A stretch of 64,000 bases of DNA from Bacillota bacterium. Its GTDB lineage: Bacteria > Bacillota > SHA-98 > UBA4971. The notes beneath the pieces were generated by a model, which saw only the letters and a list, made by a program, of their open reading frames with translations, searched no databases and was not told the origin of the DNA. Made by a program: the position numbers and the translations under genes. Of the stretch, positions 63,437 to 64,000 are shown piece after piece (position 1 is the first letter of the stretch; every line of letters begins with the position of its first letter). The stretch covers positions 5,986 to 69,985 of the forward strand of contig JACIXY010000002.1 of NCBI GenBank assembly GCA_014360195.1, given 5' to 3'.

Positions 63437-63821
63437 CCTCTCCACCTCCGACTCCGACTCCGATGGCGACGGCAAAAGCTATGGCGGTGTCGCGAGTGTG
63501 GGCGATGCTGACCTCAACCCGGACAACACCGCGCTGCGCAGCCACGTTGGCCGCCCGCCCGGTCAGGCGCACGTACGGCTTCCCGCAAGGCTCCTCCGCG
63601 ATCTCGATCTCGCTCCACCCGAAGCCGCGTATCCCGGTGCCCAGGGCCTTCGCCACGGCCTCCTTGGCCGCAAACCGCCCGGCAAGCCTGTCATAGCGCC
63701 CTCCCGCCGAAGACTTCATCTCCTCGGACGTGAACACCCGGCCCTCGAGCCTGTCACCCTTGCGCTCCACGAGTTCGCGGATGCGGGCCACCTCAACGAT
63801 ATCCACGCCCACACCCACCAC
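63417..63821 (-). CDS. acpS: holo-[acyl-carrier-protein] synthase
   Basis: Start taken at GTG 63821 after GAGGTGGG, giving MVGVGVDIVEVARI, the canonical AcpS N-terminus. The longer ORF is probably a 5' over-extension. Confidence 0.7.
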   Translation of the reverse strand: MVGVGVDIVEVARIRELVERKGDRLEGRVFTSEEMKSSAGGRYDRLAGRFAAKEAVAKALGTGIRGFGWSEIEIAEEPCGKPYVRLTGRAANVAAQRGVVRVEVSIAHTRDTAIAFAVAIGVGVGGGEVEGRDA

Positions 63822-63837
63822 GCCCGTCGGACCCACC

Positions 63838-64000
<163 letters not shown>

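Overview
High-GC (~65-68%) chromosomal segment from a spore-forming Firmicutes-like anaerobe; lonB, the rimP-nusA-infB-rbfA-truB-ribF-rpsO-pnp block and clpP-clpX-lonB-lonA synteny support this. About 50 protein genes, one tRNA-His and no rRNA are supported. (1) 1-6.8 kb: a minus-strand operon, buk2-ptb-ldh-buk-vorDAB(C), for branched-chain amino-acid fermentation to branched-chain fatty acids. It is driven by a textbook sigma-54 promoter with an upstream palindrome. It diverges from an acyl-CoA dehydrogenase/thiolase/3-hydroxyacyl-CoA dehydrogenase operon, and a PAS-PAS-AAA+-HTH sigma-54 activator lies just downstream. (2) 12.5-25 kb: core information-processing operon. (3) 25.6-30.5 kb: an EF-G paralog, a LysM/cell-wall-binding protein and a putative outer-membrane beta-barrel protein. 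(4) 30.8-39.5 kb: D-ornithine oxidative (Stickland) degradation cluster ord-ortA-ortB-oraS-oraE-mutL-like, extended by a P-loop protein and a Cys-rich small protein. (5) 40-48.4 kb: lonA, lonB, clpX, clpP, tig. (6) 48.4-52.9 kb: a variable segment next to tRNA-His carrying a UvrD-family helicase with an embedded DnaQ-type 3'-5' exonuclease domain, a degraded second copy of its 5' end, and a small membrane protein. (7) 53.7-57.1 kb: sugar-type ABC importer. (8) 57.2-59.2 kb: a decayed ABC-F gene split by a repeat element, plus hicB-hicA with hicA frameshifted. (9) 59.3-64 kb: lpdA, alr, nnr, acpS, glmS 3' end. The main new observation is a family of ~110-230-bp modular, hairpin-rich, MITE-like repeats with at least 7 copies or chimeric copies in 64 kb. 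They are always intergenic or intra-operonic, and one disrupts a gene. All identifications rest on remembered family motifs and signals read by eye; nothing was searched against a database.
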